From positions 1 to 62,165 of IMG/VR virus record IMGVR_UViG_3300002307_000058: a stretch of 62,165 nucleotides of DNA; one strand, 5' to 3'. How positions within the stretch are numbered: position 1 is the stretch's first letter; each line of letters starts with the position of its first letter. A program made the position numbers and the translations under genes. Origin of the DNA: a virus. Lineage: Duplodnaviria; Caudoviricetes. A model generated the notes under the pieces. The model searched no databases. It was given only the letters and a program-made list of their open reading frames with translations, and had not been told where the DNA came from. Shown one piece after another: positions 53,720 to 62,165 of this stretch.

Positions 53720-54526
53720 TCACATAGCCGCGTCGTCACCCGCAGGCGCTTGAGCGTGGGTGGCGTCTTCTTCGCCGATCTGGCGCTCGCCAGAGGCGAA
53801 GCTCTCGTGCAGGTCCGCGCCGCGATTGTATTCCGCCTCGGACTGGACCCAGCCCGCGTCGGTGATATCCCACGTGGACCACGTTCCGGCCTTGTTGGTG
53901 CGAGACTTGGTCTTCAGGCGGTAGTAGCAAGCAAACGACGGGGCCTTGGACCCACTCATTTGCTTGCCGTTCATCAGGAACATCCAACCCTTGGACGCCG
54001 TGTGAGCCGAGGAGGACATGGGGATGACGTAGGGCAAAGCGCCTTGGTCGGTGATCACGTAGCCGATGTGGTAGCGGGTTTCGACGACCGTGTTCCCGTT
54101 GGGGAGCACCCACGCCAGCTTGTCCGGGCTCTGCGGGTCGATGTTCTTCTCGACCACATCCGCCGGGCGATCCGGATAGCGGCCCACATAGCCGCCGCCA
54201 GCGCCACGCGGGATCCACTCCACCCAATCCTTTTGAAAATAGCAGGGCTGGAACAGGATCCCTTCGTCGCCGCTCACGGCGGGAAGGCCGGAATTGCGCA
54301 GCCAGATCGCACCGTCCTCTGCGCCTTCGACGTAGTCCGGGCCGCGCTTGTTGCATTGCGGGGACTGGGCCTGCAAAATGTAGATCAGGGGGACGAGGTT
54401 GTCCTCCTGAAGGGTGGAAACACCCTTCCCCGCGTCTTCGGCGATCTTGGTCGCGAGAAAGGCGGGGACGCCGTCTTGGACAGCAACTTCGGTGTTCTTG
54501 GTTTGAGTCACAGGGGCCTTGGCCAT
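53720..54526 (-). CDS. Putative ssDNA-binding/annealing protein
   Basis: P...ILQAQSP, WVEW, N..G.W..W motifs, acidic tail; replication operon. Confidence 0.55.
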   Translation of the reverse strand: MAKAPVTQTKNTEVAVQDGVPAFLATKIAEDAGKGVSTLQEDNLVPLIYILQAQSPQCNKRGPDYVEGAEDGAIWLRNSGLPAVSGDEGILFQPCYFQKDWVEWIPRGAGGGYVGRYPDRPADVVEKNIDPQSPDKLAWVLPNGNTVVETRYHIGYVITDQGALPYVIPMSSSAHTASKGWMFLMNGKQMSGSKAPSFACYYRLKTKSRTNKAGTWSTWDITDAGWVQSEAEYNRGADLHESFASGERQIGEEDATHAQAPAGDDAAM

Positions 54527-55135
54527 TTACTTCTTGTCCTTCGCGGGTTTGATTTCGACGATACGGCCCACTTGGCCGTTGATCTTGTCGAGGTCCGGCA
54601 TAACGCCGTGCTTGGTGATCTGTTCCTTGAGCCATGCGGTCAAAGTCTGGAAGGCCACGGATTCCTTCAAGGCCACGGTGTAGCCCTCCGAGGCGTTGTG
54701 TTCGGCGAACTCGACCGCCTCCTCCCGTTGTTCGCGAGGGAAGGCCGTGACGACTTCGGTCTTGATCAGGTCTCCCGCCCCGATTTCGCCCAGATAGGCG
54801 AAGGCGGCGCGGCGCTGGTCCTCCGGCCACGAGGCCGGAATGTTGGCATAATAGTAGTCCTTGACCGTGGCGTTGTAGCCCGGCAGGTTGCCTTCGGGCT
54901 CCAGCCCGATGGTGGTGGTCTTGACCTCGGCGAACAGGTCAGGCAGCGTCTTGCGCTTCATCTCCTCCAGCTTGATGTTGGTCTGCTTTAGTCGCTCTTC
55001 GAGATCGGCCTTGTCGGCCTCCAGATCGCGGCACTGCGCGACCAGACGCCGGAGGCGTTCGAGCTTGTCTTCGTTCTCGGTCTCGGGCCGGGCCTCAATG
55101 GCTGCGGCCAGAAATGCCGGAGGGGCTTCGTTCAT
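54527..55135 (-). CDS. Conserved phage replication-region protein
   Basis: AAGGAG RBS; coiled coil then AF.YL...G.GDLIK..V and TL.AW.KE. Confidence 0.7.
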   Translation of the reverse strand: MNEAPPAFLAAAIEARPETENEDKLERLRRLVAQCRDLEADKADLEERLKQTNIKLEEMKRKTLPDLFAEVKTTTIGLEPEGNLPGYNATVKDYYYANIPASWPEDQRRAAFAYLGEIGAGDLIKTEVVTAFPREQREEAVEFAEHNASEGYTVALKESVAFQTLTAWLKEQITKHGVMPDLDKINGQVGRIVEIKPAKDKK

Positions 55136-55196
55136 GTGGCGGGGTCTCCTTTGTTTTTTCCAGACTGCCGGAGTTTTTCGAGAAAGAAAAGAAGAA

Positions 55197-55242
55197 AAGT
55201 GCGCGGAAGGGCAAAATTTTGTTTTTGCCTTTCCGCGCACTT
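55197..55242. repeat. 20-bp inverted repeat in the divergent intergenic region
   Basis: AAGTGCGCGGAAGGGCAAAA / TTTTGCCTTTCCGCGCACTT, 19/20 match. Confidence 0.85.
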
Positions 55243-55289
55243 GCCATATCCTCGCAGGAACATCCAAACCGTAAACGGAAAATGACCCC

Positions 55290-57527
55290 ATGGCGACAGA
55301 ACACCCACCCTCAGTAAAGGCCTATCTGAATCGCATCGGGGCCGAGGTGTTGAATTTCCGCCGGGCGATGGTGAAGATCCACAAGGGTCACTATTACATC
55401 GAAAAGGCGATAATCAAGATTGCCGAGGACGGCGTGGTTTCCTGCTCAGTAGGTGAATATTCGCCGACTGAGCAGGAGGCGACCCAGATGAAGGCGGAAC
55501 TGGCCAATTGTCATTTCCCAAGGGCCATCCGAGCCAGTCGGGCCAGTCTCCGAAAGCTCCGCAAGATCGCCGAGGGGAAGCTCTTCGAGTTCATCGACCA
55601 AGACACCGACGAAATTATCATGTGTCAGGAACTCGGATACACCAAGAATCTCGCCAAGGCGTATTATCCTTGGGTCCTCATGGACAACAACGAATGGGTG
55701 AAGATGGAGCCGGACGGCCCCCTCCCCTTCTGGAAGCCGCCCAAATCAGACCTGAAGAAAATCATGGTCCACGAAGGGGCCAAGACCGCCAAGTTCGTCA
55801 CCGACCTGATCGCCAAGGGCGACACCCGGCATCCTTGGTTTGACGAACTGAAGGACTATCAGCACTGGGGCATGATCGGCGGGGCGCTCGCCCCTCACCG
55901 GGCCGACTACGCCGAACTGGTCAGGTTCTCCCCGGACGAATTGATCTATGTCTGCGACAACGACCAGATCGGCGTCGCCGCCCTCCAGAAAATTTCCAAG
56001 TGTTGGCGGCGTCCGATGAAAGGCGTCCGGTTCGGGGCCAAGTTCCCGGAACATTGGGACATGGCCGACCCCATGCCGGAGAGCTTGTTCTCGCCCACCG
56101 GGCGCTACGTTGGCCCCCGACTGGTAGACTTCATGGACTCAGCCACGTGGGCCACGGATCAATTCGTGGTCCCTTCCCAAAGTGGGAAGGGCAAGGGGAC
56201 CACAACCACCTCGATCAGCCCCTATTGCAGCGAGGAATGGATCCATTGCGTCACGCCGGAGGTGTTCCTGAATCGGCACTGGCCGAACCGGATTCTGACC
56301 GCGAATGAGTTCAACAACCGGATTCGCCCGTTCTCCGACGCCGAAGACACCGCCCGGCTCCTCAAGTGCGACTATGCGTCCAAGGGGCTGGCTCTGAAAT
56401 ATGTCCCTTCGGAAGATCCGGGGATTCACGACGGAGACTCCACGACGGGGGCCTATGTCAACACGTTCGTGCCGTCTCCGGTAAGTCCAGAAAGAGGCGA
56501 CCCTGCGCCTTTTCTGGATTTTATGGAGCGTCTGATCGCCGAGGACAAGGACCGGCACGAGCTTATGCGCTGGTGTGCGACGCTGATCGCCCGGCCCGAC
56601 ATCAAGATGATGTATGGCGTCCTCTTGATCAGTGAGATGCAGGGCGTCGGCAAGGGGACGCTGGGGGAGAAGATCCTCGCGCCTCTGGTCGGAGAGATCA
56701 ACGTCTCGACGCCGTCCGAACAGGAGATCGTCGACTCGAACTACAACTATTGGCTCGCTCACAAGCGGCTGGCCGTGGTCCATGAAATTTACGCCGGGAA
56801 CTCGTCCAAGGCCTACAACAAGCTGAAGTCCTGCATCACTGACAAGACCATGTCGGTCCAGAAGAAGTATCAGGCCAACTACGACATCGACTCTTGGATC
56901 CACATCTTCGCCTGCTCGAACTCGACGCGGGCGCTCAAGTTGTCCACGGACGACCGGCGCTGGCTGGTTCCCAAGCTGTCCGAAGAGAAGCGCCCGGCGG
57001 AATATTGGGAGAGCCTCAATTCGTGGCTCCAACTTGAAGGGGGCCTTGGGATCGTGGCCCAGTGGGCTCACGACTTCGTCGCCGAGCACGGGCCTGTGCT
57101 TCGAGGTGCGGACGCACCAGCCACCGCCCTGAAGCGCACCATGATCGAGGAAAACTACAGTCCCGGCCAGACCGTGGTGCTGAAGGCGATCCACGACATC
57201 AAGGACCGAATCTCGGACGGGACTTTGCCGCCGGAGACCTTCATTCTAGACACCGACCTCGTGAACCTGATCAAACAGGAGCTTTACGACGGACGGCACA
57301 ACGAGCGTCTGGAGAAGCCCCACACGGTCCGGTCCGTGGCCAAGGCCCTCGGCATGTTCAGCGGCGAGGTCCGGGCGCAGGTCCGTGGTTGGGGCTACAA
57401 CACCTTCGGGGCGAGGATCATGTCCTTCGACAAGGCCACCGCCATGTCGTTGCCCTCGGATCTCGGCGGCGAGAAGCTCCCGCCAGAGATGCGCCGCAGA
57501 CCGCTGGAATTGAGCGCGGGCCTCTAA
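55290..57527 (+). CDS. Primase-helicase (Toprim-like + SF3/DUF5906-like NTPase)
   Basis: VHEGAK, CDND..G, WDMAD; QGVGKGT, VHEI, CSN, DDRRW. Confidence 0.85.
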   Translation: MATEHPPSVKAYLNRIGAEVLNFRRAMVKIHKGHYYIEKAIIKIAEDGVVSCSVGEYSPTEQEATQMKAELANCHFPRAIRASRASLRKLRKIAEGKLFEFIDQDTDEIIMCQELGYTKNLAKAYYPWVLMDNNEWVKMEPDGPLPFWKPPKSDLKKIMVHEGAKTAKFVTDLIAKGDTRHPWFDELKDYQHWGMIGGALAPHRADYAELVRFSPDELIYVCDNDQIGVAALQKISKCWRRPMKGVRFGAKFPEHWDMADPMPESLFSPTGRYVGPRLVDFMDSATWATDQFVVPSQSGKGKGTTTTSISPYCSEEWIHCVTPEVFLNRHWPNRILTANEFNNRIRPFSDAEDTARLLKCDYASKGLALKYVPSEDPGIHDGDSTTGAYVNTFVPSPVSPERGDPAPFLDFMERLIAEDKDRHELMRWCATLIARPDIKMMYGVLLISEMQGVGKGTLGEKILAPLVGEINVSTPSEQEIVDSNYNYWLAHKRLAVVHEIYAGNSSKAYNKLKSCITDKTMSVQKKYQANYDIDSWIHIFACSNSTRALKLSTDDRRWLVPKLSEEKRPAEYWESLNSWLQLEGGLGIVAQWAHDFVAEHGPVLRGADAPATALKRTMIEENYSPGQTVVLKAIHDIKDRISDGTLPPETFILDTDLVNLIKQELYDGRHNERLEKPHTVRSVAKALGMFSGEVRAQVRGWGYNTFGARIMSFDKATAMSLPSDLGGEKLPPEMRRRPLELSAGL

Positions 57528-57532
57528 ACGAG

Positions 57533-57564
57533 AAAACCCCCGGCAATGGTCTGCCGGGGGTTTT
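57533..57564. terminator. Bidirectional intrinsic terminator
   Basis: AAAACCCCCGGCA-N6-TGCCGGGGGTTTT between convergent genes. Confidence 0.85.
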
Positions 57565-57589
57565 GAGACGACGAAGAAAGATCGTGAAA

Positions 57590-57718
57590 TTAGATCGGGT
57601 GAAGGATTACGTCAACCACCGAGGCGCGCAACAGTTTCATCGTGGGCCACGATGGCTCCACATACCACTCGTGCGGGGCTCTCTCAAACGCGTGCGCCGC
57701 TTTCGCTTTCTTTGTCAT
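57590..57718 (-). pseudogene. Possible truncated DNA methyltransferase N-terminus (42 aa)
   Basis: ER.PHEWYVEP.W resembles the start of phage MTases; ends before any SAM-binding motif. Confidence 0.35.
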
Positions 57719-58086
57719 CTGGCTTCCATGACCTTCTTTACGACCTGACGGCCCTTGTCGGTGAAATAGTATCCAACGCCCCAGTCGTTTCCGATGGCGT
57801 CCGCGCCGAACAAGCGGCGTAGGCGATAGATCAGCACGCGGACAATCCGGCTCTCCTCGATTGTCGGGTTGTCCGGGCAGACGGCCTTCTTCAAATGCCA
57901 CGTTCGCACCGGGCGACCGTTGGCCTCCCAGAGCGCCCGGACCAGCAGCCACTCCTGACGGTTCAGGCGCAGCCGGTTGCGGATCCGCATTTCCTCGTCC
58001 AGCGTCAGGCTGGGCTGGAGTTCGGAGAGCCGGGCTTTGACCCTGTCCAGTTCGGCTTGGAGATCTTCGCAGCGGGAGCAGGTCAC
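57715..58086 (-). CDS. Receiver-less OmpR/CtrA-like winged-helix regulator
   Basis: L..QE..L...L, IVRVLIYRLRR, I...WGVGY; N-terminal CxxC + coiled coil. Confidence 0.75.
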   Translation of the reverse strand: MTCSRCEDLQAELDRVKARLSELQPSLTLDEEMRIRNRLRLNRQEWLLVRALWEANGRPVRTWHLKKAVCPDNPTIEESRIVRVLIYRLRRLFGADAIGNDWGVGYYFTDKGRQVVKKVMEAR

Positions 58087-58406
58087 AGAGAAAGAATCCG
58101 TTGTTTGTGTCGCTGGAGAACTTCAAGTGTTTCTTGACCTGCCTGCTTGCTGGATTCTCGGATGCTTTCCGAAATTTCTTGGAGGTTCGCGTCTTCAGGC
58201 AAGACACGGAAGACATCCCGACGAGCGCGAGATTTTGGCGGATCGTCTCTCCACCACGCCTCCTTTTGGCCCCATGCTCGGACCCATTTCATCATGACTG
58301 GCGAGACCGAGGAGACGATTCCGACTTCATATCTCGGAAACGCGAAGCTGTCGTTCTGAACGACGATCTTGTCGCCGGGTTTGATGTCGATCATTGCCTT
58401 CTCCAT
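58083..58406 (-). CDS. Hypothetical protein
   Basis: Coupled ORF in early operon. Confidence 0.6.
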   Translation of the reverse strand: MEKAMIDIKPGDKIVVQNDSFAFPRYEVGIVSSVSPVMMKWVRAWGQKEAWWRDDPPKSRARRDVFRVLPEDANLQEISESIRESSKQAGQETLEVLQRHKQRILSL

Positions 58407-58506
58407 TCATAAATCCTTTCCGCATAGGCGCGGCATCCAGATAGCGTTGTCGTGTGGTCGCGGCGGATTCCGGCCTCGTAGATGATCCGGCCTAGCTCGA
58501 ATTCGG

Positions 58507-60243
58507 TCAATCGTCACCACCAATGGCTTTGAGAATACGCTCTGCACGGGCCTCAACCCATCCGTAGGTAGGGCCTTGGCAATCGGCTTTGATGTCTTGC
58601 AACCCCTCCCGCGCCAGCTTCAGCTTGGCCCAGTTCTCCCCGGCCTGCATGTCGGCGGCGTGCCACGACAGGAACATTTTCTTGAGATCCCGCCGTAGGC
58701 GCTCGATCTCAGCGGTGGCTTCGGGGCCGTCTGGCGCAGTCTCAATAGGCTGCCGCGCAGGCACGGATGGGGCGGGGTGGAGGTAGAGGGGTTGCCACGT
58801 GTAGCCTGAGCCATCGACTTGAAATCGGACATTGCCTTCGTTCGCAAGGAACGTCTGGCCCGTCTCAGGCACAGTCAGTCGCCGCCACAAGTCCTTCATC
58901 GCGACCTGCAACGCCGCCAGTTGTTTGAGCGGCAAACGACAAGCGTTTCAGCGCCTCCCTCAGCTGCTCGTTCTCCTCACGCAGGGCGGTGAGGGCGTCG
59001 AGGAGGCCGTCTATGAGCACATTAATTCCCGTCGTTGCCCGCCACGCATTACAATGGCTTTGCCAATTCCTCGCCTCAGCAATCAGCGCGTCTAGCTCTT
59101 GGGTCTGGGTCATGGTCATTTGTCACCTGTGGTGTTGGGGGCCGCGCAGCAGATGATTGTTTTCAACCGCTCATTCTCAGCGCGCACGCGGACGAGATCG
59201 TCACGTAGTCGGGAATAGTATAGCCAGTGCTGATAGTATTCTCTGCGGCATTGCATTTCAGCAATCAGCGCGTCTAGGTCTTGGGTCTGGGTCATGGTTG
59301 GGGGTCCTTGGGTTTGGGTCACTCCCCACCTCCCCGCACCCGGGCGGCGGGCGCTTTTCACAAGTATCGCCGCAAGACTTGTTCCTGCGATCAAACCGAT
59401 AACTCGGAATGTTTGTTCAAACTGTTCTTGGGTCATTCTTCACGCTCCTCGGCTTGATGATAGTTTGTTAGGACGGTGGCCCTTTTGGCATCGGCATCAA
59501 TACCGCAAAGCAGGACAGCCGCTTTAGGGCCGCCGCCAACTCGTCAGCGATCTCCCGCCAGTTGGGTTCGGGCGGGAGGAGGCGGTAGGCGGTGATGTCC
59601 GACCCAAAGCCGCCATGCGACCAGTCAAGGACAGCAGCCCCGCCTGCTTCGCTGATAAGTCCGTTTCTAAACTTCACCTGAATTATCGCCGCAGGATCAA
59701 CCGGGCAGGGTCCGCCGTTGTGTGGGGTCCATTCGGTCATGGGATGCGCCCTAGATTGGAGACATGAAGCGTTACGCCAAACTCACTCTCAAATGTGGAA
59801 ACCCATGCGTAGTCGCCATGAAGCCCCAGAATATCGCGCGGATATCCGTTCCAAATCACCTTGTCCCCCACCTTCAGCGGCTCGGGCGGGCGTTCGACGG
59901 AGAGGATTTCGAGGTCGAACTCTTTAACGCTGCTGTCTGGCGCATAAATGACGATTTCCGCGCCGTGACTGAGGGATTCGGATTTTGCCAGCCGCACCGT
60001 GATCACGTCACCGGCGCGCAGGGTTTGTTGGTCGAGGGTCATTGGAAGATCTCCCAGATCAGGGTGAGGGCGCTCGCGCCCATGGCGATGGAATAGAGCG
60101 TGACCAGCCACGGGCGCTCGTTCTCGTTGAGGGTGTCGTCGCGCAGGACCTTCATCAGCATGAAGACAGACCAGATGAAGATAAAGGAGGTGGCGATCAC
60201 GACACCACCAACGACACGAGGGCGAGGGACAGGAAGATCCATG
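58507..60243 (-). other. Cluster of about six small early hypothetical genes (e.g. 58865-59119, 59116-59295, 59468-59740, 59737-60042, 60039-60243)
   Basis: ATGA-coupled short ORFs; phage-typical QPIETAP and W..HNGGPCPV motifs; some boundaries uncertain. Confidence 0.55.
59076..59298 (-). repeat. 41-bp direct repeat (59076-59116, 59258-59298) at two gene starts
   Basis: 40/41 identity; MTQTQ(E/D)LDALIAE. Confidence 0.9.
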
Positions 60244-60342
60244 CGGCGGTCAGGTAGCGGCGGCGGCGCGTGGCGTCGTTCTCCAGCGTGGACATCGTCC
60301 CGGACACGAGAGCAGTCAAGAGCGAGACGGCGGCGAGGGTCA

Positions 60343-60858
60343 TCATAGCTCGGGATCCTGTGCAAGGGTGGTGGCCAACGCGTGCAAGTGAGCGTTGGCC
60401 TTGGTCATGACAGTCAACAGGTGACGCTTCTCGGCGAGGTAGACCTTGGCGAACACCGGATCAAATTGAAGAATTGATCCGGTGTTCGAGATCAAGTCGG
60501 CGCACTTCACCGTCTGGACCCAGCCGGGAGCGGTCGAGAGGGAACGGGCGTATGCCTGTTTCCTTTCGACCCTAGTGCCTTCGTTGAGGTCCGAGAGAAG
60601 AGAGACGCCATGCGCCACGTGAAACCCGAACCGTTCGCGGATCTCGGAGATCTCGACCTTGGTGTCCTCGACCACGTCGTGGAGCCAAGCCGTGCAGATC
60701 ATGGTGTCGAACATCGTCGGGTAAGCGACGGACGCCGTGATTCCGGCGACCTCGGCCAAGTGGTCCGTGTAAGGGACGCCGGTATATTTGCGTTTCTGGT
60801 CGCCGTGCGCGTGGCGTGCGAACATCATGGCGGCGAAGACGTTGGGCTCTTTTGACAT
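60343..60858 (-). CDS. HD-domain (p)ppGpp hydrolase-like protein (Mesh1/SAH type)
   Basis: AH.DQKRK....PY..H, AWLHDVVEDT, VK.ADL..N. Confidence 0.85.
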   Translation of the reverse strand: MSKEPNVFAAMMFARHAHGDQKRKYTGVPYTDHLAEVAGITASVAYPTMFDTMICTAWLHDVVEDTKVEISEIRERFGFHVAHGVSLLSDLNEGTRVERKQAYARSLSTAPGWVQTVKCADLISNTGSILQFDPVFAKVYLAEKRHLLTVMTKANAHLHALATTLAQDPEL

Positions 60859-60894
60859 GCGGGTTCCTTTCAAATTAAGATTTCACAATTAGAA

Positions 60895-60936
60895 GCCTAA
60901 AACAACAGAAAAGTTTCTTTTTCTGTTGTTTTAGGC
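60895..60936. repeat. 18-bp perfect AT-rich inverted repeat
   Basis: GCCTAAAACAACAGAAAA-N6-TTTTCTGTTGTTTTAGGC. Confidence 0.9.
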
Positions 60937-61884
60937 CTTAAAAGAGGTCACGATCTTCACCACCCGGAAAGTCTGGCCGACCCGCTCCTTGGACAGTTCC
61001 TCAGCCCGGCGTTCAGCGCCGTCTTGGGTCTTGTAGGCCTTGCCGACCGTGTGGTCGGGGTTCAAGACGTAGTAGATCAACATGGCAGGGTCTCTGCCTT
61101 GGCGATGGCGGCGCGGGCGGCATCGCCGCATGAGTATGGCTCGCCGAACTCCCTTTCGTTGTTCTCGATGAAGTTGAGCGCCTGTCTCAGCGCCGCCAGC
61201 AGGTCGTTCACGGCGAGGATCTTGGCCACGTTCTCGTCTGAGCAGTAGCCGTGCAGGGAGAAGGAGGCGTCGGGAGAATACGGGTTCTTGGGATCAGTGG
61301 CGTGCAAGTGCGTGCCGAAATACCACTGGGACACGCCTTGATAGTCGTGCTTGCGGTCTACGCGGGTGGCGATCCATGGGGTTGACATCAGGCAGGCTCC
61401 TTGCCGTCCCGCAGCGCGGGCGGTGGATTTTGGGGTGGGACGAGAGGGTCAATGCCGCGTGCGGCGCAGACCTCGGCGAGGCGGTCCCAGAGCGTGAATC
61501 CTTCGCTCCAACTCATGGAGAAGCACTCGTCGCCCCACAGAGCCGGGACGCGGATCTTGCGGTTGGTCTCCGGGCCGTCAAGGCTGATCCGGACGCCGAG
61601 GGCGTGGGCCATCTGGTTGGCGGACCATTCGGCATAGGCGGCGGGGCGGATCATGCCGTCCTCCGAACGTGGCGGGGGAAGAAGGAGACCTCTTTCGTGC
61701 CGTCTGGCTGTCGCACCAAGCGGGCGTGGAGCAGAGGCTTCTCGGACTTGACGATCTGGACCTCGAACACCGACAGGCTCCCGTAGGCGCGGACGTTGGA
61801 CACAGCGAAGTCCTTGGCCATCTCCTTGTCTTCAAAGGTTCGGATCAAGACGCCCTTGGCGTTTTTGACGTGGGAGTCGATCAT
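60931..61884 (-). other. Four small early hypothetical genes (60931-61083, 61077-61388, 61388-61654, 61651-61884)
   Basis: Translationally coupled ORFs; GAGGAG RBS at the first gene. Confidence 0.6.
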
Positions 61885-62165
61885 CGGATGAAAGCTCCTC
61901 TCACTGCAAAGATGATCTCGATCATGAGCCAGATCGTGACTCGGATCAAGAGAAAAAGAAAGAAGTGTGCGACGCAAAAGATTCCGATAATGGCGAGAGC
62001 AACGAAAAGCATCAGGCAAGCCTCCGGACCGTGGGCGCAGGGTCTGTGCGCTTTTGCAGCACGCTATAGCGCCGACCGGGGTGGGTCCGGTTCAAGTGAG
62101 ACAACTGGTTGTTGGTCAGGTTCAAGACTTGCTGACGGGTGAAACCTTCTGCGAAGAAGGTTTCA

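Noticed and set aside
1-62165. Prophage, lysogeny module, tRNAs or terminal repeats
   Set aside because: No integrase, CI-like repressor, host genes, cloverleaf or end-to-end repeat recognised by eye; genome completeness cannot be proven

Overview
The window looks like an essentially complete, GC-rich ~62 kb contractile-tailed (myovirus-type) phage genome, opened just upstream of the small terminase. The host is probably an alphaproteobacterium, since it encodes a GcrA homologue and a CtrA/OmpR-like winged helix. Bases 146-41757 (+) carry packaging, head, tail, baseplate, fibre and lysis genes in a Bcep781/OP2-like layout (DUF1073-type portal, MuF, DUF2213-type protease, DUF4054, sheath, tube, baseplate J). 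A minus-strand island of small genes with its own promoters interrupts this block at 5.6-8.6 kb. Bases 41.8-62 kb are mostly minus-strand replication and early genes: UvrD and SNF2 helicases, a split DnaE, an exonuclease, a HAD phosphatase, GcrA and an HD hydrolase, plus a divergent primase-helicase. I saw no integrase, tRNA, rRNA or CRISPR array. Three features stand out. (1) Two inteins carry their endonuclease not in the intein frame but overprinted, one antisense and one in the +1 frame. (2) There is an apparent head-cargo system: a 596-aa polyprotein punctuated by [KR]xD[AS] motifs, plus a Zeta-like kinase and the Nudix-protease that each carry copies of the scaffold coiled-coil helix. 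(3) dnaE is fractured next to its active site by an endonuclease cassette. All family assignments come from visual motif recognition and synteny, not database searches.
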